Below are positions 36,266 through 45,486 of a DNA stretch of 54,535 bases, piece by piece. The position numbers were made by a program, and so were the translations under genes. Numbering within the stretch: position 1 is the stretch's first letter; every line of letters starts with the position of its first letter. Below the pieces are notes generated by a model, which was given only the letters and a program-made list of their open reading frames with translations, was not told the DNA's origin and did no database searches. The stretch is from Candidatus Parvarchaeota archaeon. Its GTDB lineage: Archaea; Nanobdellota; Nanobdellia; Parvarchaeales; Parvarchaeaceae. Location of the stretch: contig JAGDXU010000019.1 in assembly GCA_023269965.1 (NCBI GenBank), forward strand, positions 1-54,535. Direction: 5' to 3'.

Positions 36266-37477
36266 TCACAGATCTGAAAGATTAATCTTCTTATCCTTCT
36301 TTTCTTCTAAGTCTCTGATTGTCACAGTGCTAGTTTTCAGATCTTTATTCCCAACTAGAACTGCATACCTTATCTTCTTGCTGTTGCAATAGGCTAAGGC
36401 CTTTGAAAGCGACAAGTCGCTTAAAAGCAAATCAGCAGCCTTGCCATTAGCTCTTAAGCCCATCGCAATCTTTATCGCTTCTACATCATTGTCTATCGAT
36501 ATTACACAGAATTTATCTGAGAACTTTTCTTTAAAATTCCCCTTGAAAATCTCGAATATCCTTTCAAAACCTATAGCGCAGCCAGTCGCGGAAAGATCAC
36601 TGTTAAACTGCTTGCTGAGCATGTCATATCTCCCTCCGCCAGCGATGGTCCCCTTGTAAGGGCCAGATTCAGCTATGAACTCAAATATATTTCCATCATA
36701 GTAAGCCAAGCCACGCACTAATTTCCTATCTATAACATAATTCTTTATTCCGTATTGTTCTAGATATTTCACGAGATCATTCAACTCCTTCCCCCCAATA
36801 TCACTCTTCACATCCAATTTTCCAGCTATGAAATCTATTATCTTCCGACTTTTGTCCTTCCCTACAATATCTGCGATAGACTTTTCGATGCTTTCCAACC
36901 CCACTTTATCGATCTTATCCATCTCCCTCATAACCTGCAGGCCGGCTTCAAATTCCACGCCAAATGAATCAAGCATATCCTGAAGTATCTTCCGGTTATT
37001 CAAGTGTATTTTGTAATCTGTTATCCCGATAGATTTTAAGGTAAAATCAATGCATGCTATTATCTCTGCGTCATAGAAAACTGATTTGCCGCCATAGATA
37101 TCTATATCGGCTTGTATAAACTCTCTAAGTCTACCCTTAGCCACATCCTCATATCTCCATACACTCCCAATGCTGTAGGTTTTAATTGGTTTTATCAAAG
37201 ATTTATTGTTAGTGATCGCTCTCATCTTGGAAACTGTCTGCTCCGGTCTCAAAGCCAGCTTCTCACCTTTCTTGTCTTCAAAAGAGTATAGCTGGTTTTC
37301 TATCTCGGGGCCAGATTTATCTGTGAAAAGCTGCAAATACTCTAAAGAGGGAGTTTCTACCGGCTCGAATCCGAACAACGAGTAAGAGCTTCTAATCTTC
37401 TCCAGAAGTTGCTGCCTTAGCACAGCCTCAGCACCGATGAAATCTCTAGTACCTTTTATTCTATTAACCATAAACAA
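36266..37477 (-). CDS. hisS: histidine--tRNA ligase
   Basis: IKGTRDF, RYEDVAKGRLREF and GGGRYD motifs, 403 aa. Confidence 0.9.
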   Translation of the reverse strand: MFMVNRIKGTRDFIGAEAVLRQQLLEKIRSSYSLFGFEPVETPSLEYLQLFTDKSGPEIENQLYSFEDKKGEKLALRPEQTVSKMRAITNNKSLIKPIKTYSIGSVWRYEDVAKGRLREFIQADIDIYGGKSVFYDAEIIACIDFTLKSIGITDYKIHLNNRKILQDMLDSFGVEFEAGLQVMREMDKIDKVGLESIEKSIADIVGKDKSRKIIDFIAGKLDVKSDIGGKELNDLVKYLEQYGIKNYVIDRKLVRGLAYYDGNIFEFIAESGPYKGTIAGGGRYDMLSKQFNSDLSATGCAIGFERIFEIFKGNFKEKFSDKFCVISIDNDVEAIKIAMGLRANGKAADLLLSDLSLSKALAYCNSKKIRYAVLVGNKDLKTSTVTIRDLEEKKDKKINLSDL

Positions 37478-37504
37478 GAAAACCCCCTCTTCGCTTAAAT
37501 AAGT

Positions 37505-37858
37505 TCACAATAACCATATCAAAAGCCTCCCTACACCAGTGAGCTTAAGAGTGCGGCCTCTCAATTGCCTTGAACCAAAATCTACAAGGCCCATCCTTTT
37601 CAGTGAATTTAAGCGTTCCCAAAGAGCTGACTTAGACAGTCCACCTCTTTCGTATTTAAGAGCTACAAACCTAGTCGCACTTACGCCTTCATCCAAAGAA
37701 TAAATTTCAAGCAAAAGCGATTTTTGACTTGCGGATAACCTCTCTTTAACTAATTTAGAAATACAATCTAATAACTCAGTTTTCTTTGTGCCGACAAAGC
37801 TGCGTAGATCGAAGCTTATTAATGTCTCTGGATGTACTAAGTGAGCTGAGCGCAGCAC
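37505..37858 (-). CDS. winged-helix DNA-binding protein
   Basis: LNSLKRMGLVDFG is paralogous to LRRLGLIDFG in 15769-16066. GTG start preceded by AAGGAG. Confidence 0.5.
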   Translation of the reverse strand: MLRSAHLVHPETLISFDLRSFVGTKKTELLDCISKLVKERLSASQKSLLLEIYSLDEGVSATRFVALKYERGGLSKSALWERLNSLKRMGLVDFGSRQLRGRTLKLTGVGRLLIWLL

Positions 37859-38002
37859 CAGAGCTCCTTATCGTTACACCATTTGATTTTACAGTATAAT
37901 CTAAAACCATAATTATTATATGATTACGGCATTATAAAAAGATTTTGTCCGGAAAAAATCGTACTGTGTGAATTTCGAAAACAGAAGAGGGTAAGATCGA
38001 AA

Positions 38003-40411
38003 CTATATTGATCTAAATTCTGAGATGCGTTTAAAAGCAAGCAGCTTTATCCTATCCATCAAAAGTAAGAACAGCACACTAATTATCAGAACCAGCAGCA
38101 TCGCGTAGAGACTTATCGCAGTCATAAGTATCCCATAGTACGAAAGGATGGCTGCAATAGCTATTGAGGTAATTATCTGGGAAAGAACAAAGATGCTAGG
38201 CATAGAGGACCAAAAGCTTCTCCTCTCTCTCATCGATAATGTCATAAGCTCCATTGATGCGATAAATATCAGGAATATGAAGGTCTGGAACTGCGCGCTC
38301 GGTAGTTTCATAAAGTCAAGACCAAAATAAGCCAACACGGTCACCTGTGTAATGGCTACTATTCCGAACATTAGAGAGACAAGGAAAACTACCTTTATGT
38401 TCCAAGTATCGGGATGGTTTGAATAAAGCTCATTGTCCGTCGAAAGGCTTATGCTGCCTATATCACTTAGGAAAAGTGCCAAGATAAGTTGAATTGAGCG
38501 CATAGGCAGGAATCGAAGGATAAGAAAGAATATCGATAAGAAAATCGATGTTTGAAGTACCCTGGATACTTTCTTTAGAGTGTATGTAATCATTCTCTCA
38601 AATATCGATCTACTCTCTTTTATTGCATTGACTATTGGTTCTATTCCATCGGATGTGAGCACTATGTCAGCAGCACTCTTTGCTACGTCTGTTGCATTTG
38701 ACACTGCTATTCCCACCTCAGCCTGCTTCAAAGCAGGCGCATCGTTTACGCCATCACCTGTCATACCTACATGAAATCCACTGTCTTGAAGGGCTTTTAC
38801 TATGGTGTATTTATCCTTTGGATAAACTCCAGCAAAACCATCTGCTTTTGTAACAAGTTCGGCTATCTCTTTTTCACTCTTACCATTCAATGCACTGACA
38901 TCAAGTATATTCTCACCTATATCCACTTCTTTTGCTATCGCTTTCGCTGTGTTCTCATTATCACCTGTCAGCATCTTTACATTTAGATTTAAAGATCTAA
39001 GTTCATCTATCAGCTTCTTGCTGTCTTCTCTTGGCTTATCATTCATTGGTATTACACCAACAAAGCTCCATTTATCCGCTTCCCCGTATGCGACACCGAT
39101 AGTTCTGTATCCCTTGGAAGCCATCTCATCTATGTTTGAATTTATCTTGCTTTTGTCACTGGCTGATAATTTACACCTTTCCATCACAGACTCTGGGAAT
39201 CCTTTGAGGACTGTTATTTCTTTACCATTGAAAGAAACCAATGCGCTGGAGGTCTTAGTGGATGGATCAAACGGCTTAAAACTCTTCAGTTTATAGTCTT
39301 TAAGGTCAATCTTTCTCTCTTGAGCTCCATGAATTATAGCAAGATCTATCTGATCATTGTCTTCTACCCTCGACGCTAAAGCAGCATATCTGAAAACATC
39401 CTCCTTTGAAAACTTGCCATACTCAATTGGGTCTGAAATAGATAACTGATTCTTAGTTATCGTACCAGTTTTATCGAGACATATAACTGTCATCGTTGAC
39501 GCTTCTTCGATCGCTTCAAGCTTTGTGACAAGGATATTCTTTGAAGACAGCCTTTCGGTACCATAAGCCATCGCTACTGTGAAAGCCGCAGGAAGAGCCA
39601 CTGGCACAGAAGTCAAAAGAATAAGCAGGGAGAAAGGGATAACAAGAAGAAGCTGTATGCCAAAGAGATAAGAGCCTATAAATATTGCACCTATAAGTCC
39701 GACATCAAGAAACAGGAGATACTCAAGTATTCTAAATATACTAGCTTCCAAGTGAGTCCTTGTCTTTGCAATCTTCACAAGCTCAGCAGTCTTTCCAAAG
39801 GTCGTGTTCTTACCTGTAGATATAACCACCGCAGTAGCCTCACCTTCCCGCACAATGGAAGAGGAGAAAACAAGCTCGTTTATTTTCTTGTCTACTGGCA
39901 GCGATTCGCCTGTAAGCATTGATTGATCAACGGAGAGATAGTCACTCTCTAATATCTTACAGTCTGCGGGAACTATGTCACCGAGTCTAATCCTGATTAT
40001 ATCGCCAGGAACTATGAATTTAGATTGAACTGTTTTCCAATTCCCATCTCTTTCTACTTTCACTAGGACTGAAAGCTTGCTCTTAAGGAGCTCAAGAGTA
40101 TTGTCAGCCTTGTATTCCTCTAGAAATGAGGTGATTCCATTGAATATAAGCAGTCCGATGACTATGTAAGCATCAATGTACTTGTTTAGGAAGATTGAGA
40201 TAACTATTATTATATACAACATCAATGGGATCGTACCTACGAACTTAGAAAGAAATTTTATAATTATGTTCTGCTTCTTAGTTTGAATCTCATTAAAACC
40301 ATAATCTTCTAATCGTTTCTTCGCTTCACTCTCAGAAAGCCCATCCTTTCCACTGTTCAGTTGCTTAAATACCTCTTCTATACTTAATCTTTCAGCGGTT
40401 TTCTTATCCAT
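38003..40411 (-). CDS. P-type ATPase, plasma-membrane H+-ATPase-like (type III)
   Basis: TGES, CLDKTGTIT, MLTGDN and GDGVNDAPAL motifs, 802 aa. Confidence 0.85.
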   Translation of the reverse strand: MDKKTAERLSIEEVFKQLNSGKDGLSESEAKKRLEDYGFNEIQTKKQNIIIKFLSKFVGTIPLMLYIIIVISIFLNKYIDAYIVIGLLIFNGITSFLEEYKADNTLELLKSKLSVLVKVERDGNWKTVQSKFIVPGDIIRIRLGDIVPADCKILESDYLSVDQSMLTGESLPVDKKINELVFSSSIVREGEATAVVISTGKNTTFGKTAELVKIAKTRTHLEASIFRILEYLLFLDVGLIGAIFIGSYLFGIQLLLVIPFSLLILLTSVPVALPAAFTVAMAYGTERLSSKNILVTKLEAIEEASTMTVICLDKTGTITKNQLSISDPIEYGKFSKEDVFRYAALASRVEDNDQIDLAIIHGAQERKIDLKDYKLKSFKPFDPSTKTSSALVSFNGKEITVLKGFPESVMERCKLSASDKSKINSNIDEMASKGYRTIGVAYGEADKWSFVGVIPMNDKPREDSKKLIDELRSLNLNVKMLTGDNENTAKAIAKEVDIGENILDVSALNGKSEKEIAELVTKADGFAGVYPKDKYTIVKALQDSGFHVGMTGDGVNDAPALKQAEVGIAVSNATDVAKSAADIVLTSDGIEPIVNAIKESRSIFERMITYTLKKVSRVLQTSIFLSIFFLILRFLPMRSIQLILALFLSDIGSISLSTDNELYSNHPDTWNIKVVFLVSLMFGIVAITQVTVLAYFGLDFMKLPSAQFQTFIFLIFIASMELMTLSMRERRSFWSSMPSIFVLSQIITSIAIAAILSYYGILMTAISLYAMLLVLIISVLFLLLMDRIKLLAFKRISEFRSI

Positions 40412-40451
40412 GACAATGTGTCTATATACACTTTCTACAATTAAAACAATA

Positions 40452-40524
40452 TGGGCCCAAAGGGAATCGAACCCCTAACCTTTCGCACGTCAAGCGAACG
40501 TCGTAGCCGTTGGACCATGGACCC
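40452..40524 (-). tRNA. tRNA-Val (anticodon GAC)
   Basis: Minus-strand sequence GGGTCCATGGTCCAACGG...TTCGC-TTGACGT-GCGAA...GGGGTTCGATTCCC...TGGGCCCA folds as a cloverleaf with a 7-bp acceptor stem and a GTTCGAT T-loop. Confidence 0.85.
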
Positions 40525-40607
40525 TTATAGATGAAATAAAAGATTATTATTTAAATAATTGCTGTGTAGATGTTAACACAAAGATAAATTCCATAAGTTC
40601 AAAATTA

Positions 40608-40681
40608 GGATCCGTAGCTTAACCCGGTAGAGCGGTTGGCTCTTAACCAACTCGTTGGGGGTTCAAATCCCCTCGGATCCA
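40608..40681 (+). tRNA. tRNA-Lys (anticodon CTT)
   Basis: GGATCCGTAGCTTAACCCGGTAGAGC-GGTTGG-CTCTTAA-CCAAC...GGGGGTTCAAATCCCCTCGGATCCA. The acceptor stem GGATCCG/CGGATCC is complementary. Confidence 0.85.
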
Positions 40682-40684
40682 CTT

Positions 40685-42370
40685 TTAATGATATTGCCCA
40701 ACTACCTCTGCACCTTTCACAACCCTCTGTCTAGCAAATGCAGAAAGGATAGCTCCGATTACCAAAAGTAATATACTTATGTAAAGCGCAGATTTTAAGC
40801 CCTGCATAAATGAGGAAGATATAAGCTTTGGAATAAATTTACTGGATTCAATCAGACTTAAAGTGCTGATTGGTATAGAGGAGATTATTGATTTTGGCAG
40901 CTGTGAAAGAAAAGTGGAGATTGGATTTATACCAAGAAAAGAAGCGAAGAGAAAAGAAGATGCTGGTACACTTGAAAGCTCTGAAGTAACACCTGATGGC
41001 AAACTCAAAGACGTGGCTTGGCTTGAGATGGAAGAAGGTAGAGAGTAAGAGAAAACTGTTATTAAGATAGTGAAGAACAAAACCATACTTATCATCTGGC
41101 CTACATTAGCAAATGTAGTCCTTATTCCATTTCCAACTCCTCTCTCCTTCCAGTTTAACGCATCCATCGTCCTCTTTGTATTGGGAGCGGCGAATAAACC
41201 GTTCCCTACACCTATCAAGAACAAAACAGCTGCAAAAGACCAGTATGAGAAATTAGCTGGGAAAGTAGCAAGGAAGAACAAACCTAAAGCTGAGATTAGT
41301 AGGCCTGAGGTTGCAAATACCCTCGCACCGAATCTGTCGGTCAGGGCACCGCTTATTGGCCCTAAAGCAACAAAGCCGACCATAAGGGGCACCATGTATA
41401 TTCCTGCCCAGAAGGGTGTCTGAGATATGCTGTATCCATTCAGTGGTAGATATATCCCTTGAAGCCAGATTATGACTAAGAACATAACTGCGCCTCTAGC
41501 TAATGAACTCAAAAACAATGCAAGGGAGCTGAATGTAAATTGAATATTCCTGAATAATGCTAGCTTGAACAGCGGGTTACTAACTTTAAGCTCGATGAAT
41601 ACAAAGGCAAAAATTGATATTAACCCTATCATTAAACTTGCCAAGACACATGGATTACTCCAACCTAGTGGATTACTCCCATATGGAACAAGTGCATATG
41701 TCAACCCTAAAGTTATCAGTATTAATCCTAAAGAAAGGAATAGATTACCGATCCAGTCTACTCCTACCTTCGCCTTGATTGTTTTCTCCTCTTTAAGCTT
41801 GTAGTAGGACCACACTGCACCAAGAATTGCAAATGGCACGCTTACTATAAAGACGAGATGAAAGTCAAAAGGGGCAAGCAGACCACCAACAATTAAACCT
41901 ATAAATGATCCTGCAAGAAATGCTACTTGATTTGTACCTAATGCCTTACCTCTCTCTTTATCTGGGAAAGCATCAGTAAGGAGAGCTGTGCTATTCACCA
42001 TTATGAAACCCCCTCCTATGCCTTGCACAATCCTAAATATTATTATGAACAGGACACCATTTACGCCTGACCCGTATGGAACAACGGACAAGGCGATAGA
42101 TGCAATTGAGAATATTATAAATCCTATTGTATAGAATCTCTTCCTTCCGTAATCGTCTGACAGTCTCCCAAATGTGATAAGCACAGAAGCGGTTACTATC
42201 ATGTAGCCAAGTATGACCCAAAGAAGAAGCGTAAAATTACCTGGAGCAACCGGATCAACGTTCAAGCCACGGAATATAGATGGGAGAGAAATCAATAGGA
42301 TTGTAGCATTTATTGAAGCCATCAACCCTCCCATTGTTGTGTTCGCAAGCACTGTCCATTTGTATTGCAT
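40685..42370 (-). CDS. MFS transporter, 14-TM DHA2/EmrB-like
   Basis: 561 aa with many TM segments and the motif GRLSDDYGRKR (MFS motif A). Confidence 0.8.
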   Translation of the reverse strand: MQYKWTVLANTTMGGLMASINATILLISLPSIFRGLNVDPVAPGNFTLLLWVILGYMIVTASVLITFGRLSDDYGRKRFYTIGFIIFSIASIALSVVPYGSGVNGVLFIIIFRIVQGIGGGFIMVNSTALLTDAFPDKERGKALGTNQVAFLAGSFIGLIVGGLLAPFDFHLVFIVSVPFAILGAVWSYYKLKEEKTIKAKVGVDWIGNLFLSLGLILITLGLTYALVPYGSNPLGWSNPCVLASLMIGLISIFAFVFIELKVSNPLFKLALFRNIQFTFSSLALFLSSLARGAVMFLVIIWLQGIYLPLNGYSISQTPFWAGIYMVPLMVGFVALGPISGALTDRFGARVFATSGLLISALGLFFLATFPANFSYWSFAAVLFLIGVGNGLFAAPNTKRTMDALNWKERGVGNGIRTTFANVGQMISMVLFFTILITVFSYSLPSSISSQATSLSLPSGVTSELSSVPASSFLFASFLGINPISTFLSQLPKSIISSIPISTLSLIESSKFIPKLISSSFMQGLKSALYISILLLVIGAILSAFARQRVVKGAEVVGQYH

Positions 42371-42455
42371 ACAGACTTTTTAATTGATACAGAAATGAGA
42401 ACCTCACTAAATTTAAAAATTGAAGTTTATGTTTAAATGGCGCGATTATTTGGCA

Positions 42456-42815
42456 TCAGCAATCCAAGCGTTTTTTATATCCATGTGGGTAATCAAGGAA
42501 GAATTCCTCTTTGTCTAGCTGGCACTTGTAAATATAAAAAGGCAGTTTCCCCGTCCAATTGGGGTATTTACGCTTATCGACTCTAACAAAGCCTCTCGTA
42601 GAAAGTAAAAATTTCTGAAGCGAACTTAGCTTTAAGACTTCCATATCTTCAGTGTAAACATTGAATACTTTAATATCATCTTTTTTGATATATCCGGTAA
42701 CATCAGTCATTAATCTCTTTTCTAGGCTTTTGTCTCTGTAGATTTCATTAATGTAATTAATGTAAACCATTAAAATCAAATGAATAAAACTCCTATTTAA
42801 GCTTTTATTATTCAA
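42456..42815 (-). CDS. hypothetical protein
   Basis: ORF only. The likely real start is the internal Met at 42710 (MTDVTGYIKK...). The C terminus reads KCQLDKEEFFLDYPHGYKKRLDC. Confidence 0.35.
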   Translation of the reverse strand: MNNKSLNRSFIHLILMVYINYINEIYRDKSLEKRLMTDVTGYIKKDDIKVFNVYTEDMEVLKLSSLQKFLLSTRGFVRVDKRKYPNWTGKLPFYIYKCQLDKEEFFLDYPHGYKKRLDC

Positions 42816-42977
42816 GATTTATTTGTTATCTGTCTTCCACAGGGGTCTACTTTACAGAGACACATACAAAGAGCTGTTTTATCCACTTATTCTATTTTTT
42901 AACATTCAGTATGTGCTAAAATTTGGATAAATCAAATATCCATAAATAATATATCTTTAGAAAACTCATACGAATAT

Positions 42978-43637
42978 GTGGAACAACAGTATCTGAAAGG
43001 GCAGGTTTATTTGAAAGAGGAAAACGGCGTAAAGACGGTGATAAAGAGGTATAATGATTATGAATCATTGAAGTGGTGGGTAGTCCCCCTCATAACCAAT
43101 ATCTTTTACCCCATGACAAGCTCTCCAGAAAGTCGACTTGAGAGAGAATTAGAGCTATACAATGAAAAAATAGACGGCGTGAATCTGCCAAAAATCATTA
43201 ATTGCAACAAAGACAGCCTCACCCTAGAAAGAGAGTATATAGAGGGGAGGGCACCGTACAAGGAGACTAAACTGCTGGGGGATTTATTGTACCACATCCA
43301 TTCACATGGATACGTTCTAGGTGATACAAAGATAGACAACTTTATACTTAATAAAGAAGACAAGAAGGTGTATCTTGTAGATTTAGAGCAGATTTACAAG
43401 AGTGATGATGACAGATTGAGAGCATGGGATATAGATCTACTATTTTCTTCGCTGAGCTATAACCTAAACATAATAGAATATAAAAAAGCTGTAAGAGAAT
43501 TCAAATCAGCTTATCTTCTTTGGGATAAAGTTTCTAAATACACCATGGACGCAAGAAATGCAGCTGTTCTTCTGATTATGCCACTTCCGAACATCATCGT
43601 ACTTTTGTCTGAGATACAATTAAACCTTGGTAGATAG
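42978..43637 (+). CDS. small protein-kinase-like protein (Bud32/RIO/Kdo-like)
   Basis: 219 aa with VIKRY, EREYIEG and the catalytic-loop-like HGYVLGDTKIDNFILNKEDKKVYLVDLEQ. GTG start. Confidence 0.5.
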   Translation: MEQQYLKGQVYLKEENGVKTVIKRYNDYESLKWWVVPLITNIFYPMTSSPESRLERELELYNEKIDGVNLPKIINCNKDSLTLEREYIEGRAPYKETKLLGDLLYHIHSHGYVLGDTKIDNFILNKEDKKVYLVDLEQIYKSDDDRLRAWDIDLLFSSLSYNLNIIEYKKAVREFKSAYLLWDKVSKYTMDARNAAVLLIMPLPNIIVLLSEIQLNLGR

Positions 43638-43688
43638 GCTGTTCAGTGAAGTTAATTTAATAATTTGAGCATATCAGGTCAAATTTAA

Positions 43689-44339
43689 TCAATCCTGCAG
43701 ATAATTAGCCTTTATGAACAATAGGAGATTAACGAACTCGTTATACTCTAATTTGTGAGTGTTTGTATTCCTCGGGCTAGGGTGAAAAGAACTGAATAGA
43801 AATAAATCGCCAAATTTGTAGTTGAATTTATGTTTGAACTTTATCTCCTTCATATCTATTCCTTTAGATGAAAGATAGGATTTAACTCCGTCGAAGGCAA
43901 TTTTACCCAATGCTAGTATCACCTTCTTTTTCTTAAGCAGGTCCAGCTCAGAATTTATATATTCGCTACAGTTTTCTATCTCAGTGTTCAAAGGCTTATT
44001 GTCTGGAGGCGGACACTTTACTACGTCTGTTATATAACAATCCTTAAGTTTCAAACCATCCCAAACACTCACAGATTTCATAGAATTGGAAAAACCTGCC
44101 TCATAAAGCGCCTTGAATAAAAAATCCCCAGACTTATCCCCAGTGAATACTCGCCCAGTTCTATTTCCGCCATGAAGACTCGGTGCAGGACCTATTATAA
44201 TTAACCTCGCATTCAAGTCACCGAATCCCGTTATAGGCTTTCGCCATCCAAACTCTATATGTTTTCTGTACTTGACCAGTCTCGGACATCTTTCACAGAC
44301 TATCACTTTTTTATAAATTTCCTGCATGCTTTTGCCCAT
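43689..44339 (-). CDS. uracil-DNA glycosylase, family 4/5 type (family 5 UDGb-like motifs)
   Basis: CERCPRL, GPAPSLHGGNRTGRVFTGDKSG and FHPSPRNTNT. Confidence 0.8.
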   Translation of the reverse strand: MGKSMQEIYKKVIVCERCPRLVKYRKHIEFGWRKPITGFGDLNARLIIIGPAPSLHGGNRTGRVFTGDKSGDFLFKALYEAGFSNSMKSVSVWDGLKLKDCYITDVVKCPPPDNKPLNTEIENCSEYINSELDLLKKKKVILALGKIAFDGVKSYLSSKGIDMKEIKFKHKFNYKFGDLFLFSSFHPSPRNTNTHKLEYNEFVNLLLFIKANYLQD

Positions 44340-44376
44340 AGTATATTTTTATACTGTCGTTGATTAAATTAATAAT

Positions 44377-44565
44377 ATGTTTTGCTTCGGCGGAAAAAGA
44401 GGCGCACTGCAACTTAGTATAGAGGTTCTAATCCTGATAGTGATAGCGATAATACTTCTTGTTGTCCTTCTTTATCTGATAAGGAGCGGTTTAATCAACC
44501 AAATAGCGTCAGTTCTGCACCTTGGCAACGCTAGCAAGGCCAACGTAAGTAGCGTAATACCTTAG
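44377..44565 (+). CDS. small protein with an archaeal class III (type IV pilin-like) signal peptide
   Basis: GGKRGALQLSIEVLILIVIAII contains the Q-x-S-x-E-x-L pattern after a basic K/R-G site, followed by a hydrophobic helix. Confidence 0.45.
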   Translation: MFCFGGKRGALQLSIEVLILIVIAIILLVVLLYLIRSGLINQIASVLHLGNASKANVSSVIP

Positions 44566-44582
44566 AAAATTCGATAAACTCA

Positions 44583-44657
44583 GGGATGGTGATCTAGCTT
44601 GGTTATGATACCAGCCTAGGGCGCTGGTTGTCCTGGGTTCAAATCCCAGCCATCCCA
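44583..44657 (+). tRNA. tRNA-Pro; anticodon read by eye as AGG
   Basis: GGGATGGTGATCTAGCTTGGTTATGATA-CCAGC-CTAGGGC-GCTGG-TTGTC-CTGGGTTCAAATCCCAG-CCATCCC-A. The acceptor and T arms are perfect. The anticodon loop CTAGGGC places A-G-G at positions 34-36 with G37. Confidence 0.75.
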
Positions 44658-45102
44658 TCTTTTAATAATTTGAGATGGTGGCAATCATTACTGTGATAGA
44701 TACATAAGAAAGCGATAATGAAACCATTTAAGTTATTCAGATCTAGGAAAGTCCACAAAACAGAATAAAAAGTCAGACTAGATATCAAGATTCTTTTGGG
44801 AAATGTGGAATTTCTTTGCTTATCCTAAATGGCGTTATAATATTCCTTTCATGAACTATTTGCCTAAGCTTTTCTATATGTCGATACCTGGTTACTTGGG
44901 TTATATACCATTCGCTTTAAGTATAATAGCATTTTATATTTTATTTCGTAGTTTCATATTGAAATACTAGAGCCCGATTTTAGATTGAGGATTAGAAGTT
45001 TTATTGATGGTCAAAAAACTTACATAATTAAAATCAGCGTAGATTCTATCTCTATCATATAAAATAAAAATTATATATAAAAGTGCTGATTATTTGTATT
45101 AA

Positions 45103-45411
45103 ATGATCATAGCGATTCCTACAGACGACGGAAACACAGTATCTGAACATTTTGGACATTCAAAATACTTTCTGTTGGTAGACACTGAAAAGAAAGAAAA
45201 TAAGAGATTAAATGAAAATCCACACGAAAAAGAGGAGAATGAAGCTGCCGGCCACGGTAAGCTTCTGAAGATGCTTGTGGAAGACAAAGTCAATGAAATA
45301 ATCTGCTCAAACCTTAATCCAAGAATGGAAAAAAACTTGAGTTCTTTGAGGATCACAATTAAGAAGGTAGAGAGCGGCTCCAATATAGAGAGCTTAATAA
45401 GCCAATTATAA
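45103..45411 (+). CDS. NifB/NifX-like (dinitrogenase FeMo-cofactor-binding domain family) small protein
   Basis: MIIAIPTDDGNTVSEHFGHSKYFLLVD is typical of the family. 102 aa. Confidence 0.65.
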   Translation: MIIAIPTDDGNTVSEHFGHSKYFLLVDTEKKENKRLNENPHEKEENEAAGHGKLLKMLVEDKVNEIICSNLNPRMEKNLSSLRITIKKVESGSNIESLISQL

Positions 45412-45472
45412 TTCGCTATGGAAAGCTTTATATACTAGTTGGTTTCTACTTAATAGTAGATAAAGTTAAATA

Positions 45473-45478
45473 GGAGGT
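45473..45478 (+). promoter_or_regulatory. Shine-Dalgarno site (GGAGGT), 8 nt upstream of the ATG at 45487
   Basis: The sequence reads taGGAGGTaatacaatATG. Confidence 0.6.
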
Positions 45479-45486
45479 AATACAAT

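Noticed and set aside
45099-45383. Minus-strand 94-aa ORF
   Set aside because: Antisense to the NifX-like gene, which has a clear family signature. Ser/Phe/Leu-rich shadow translation.
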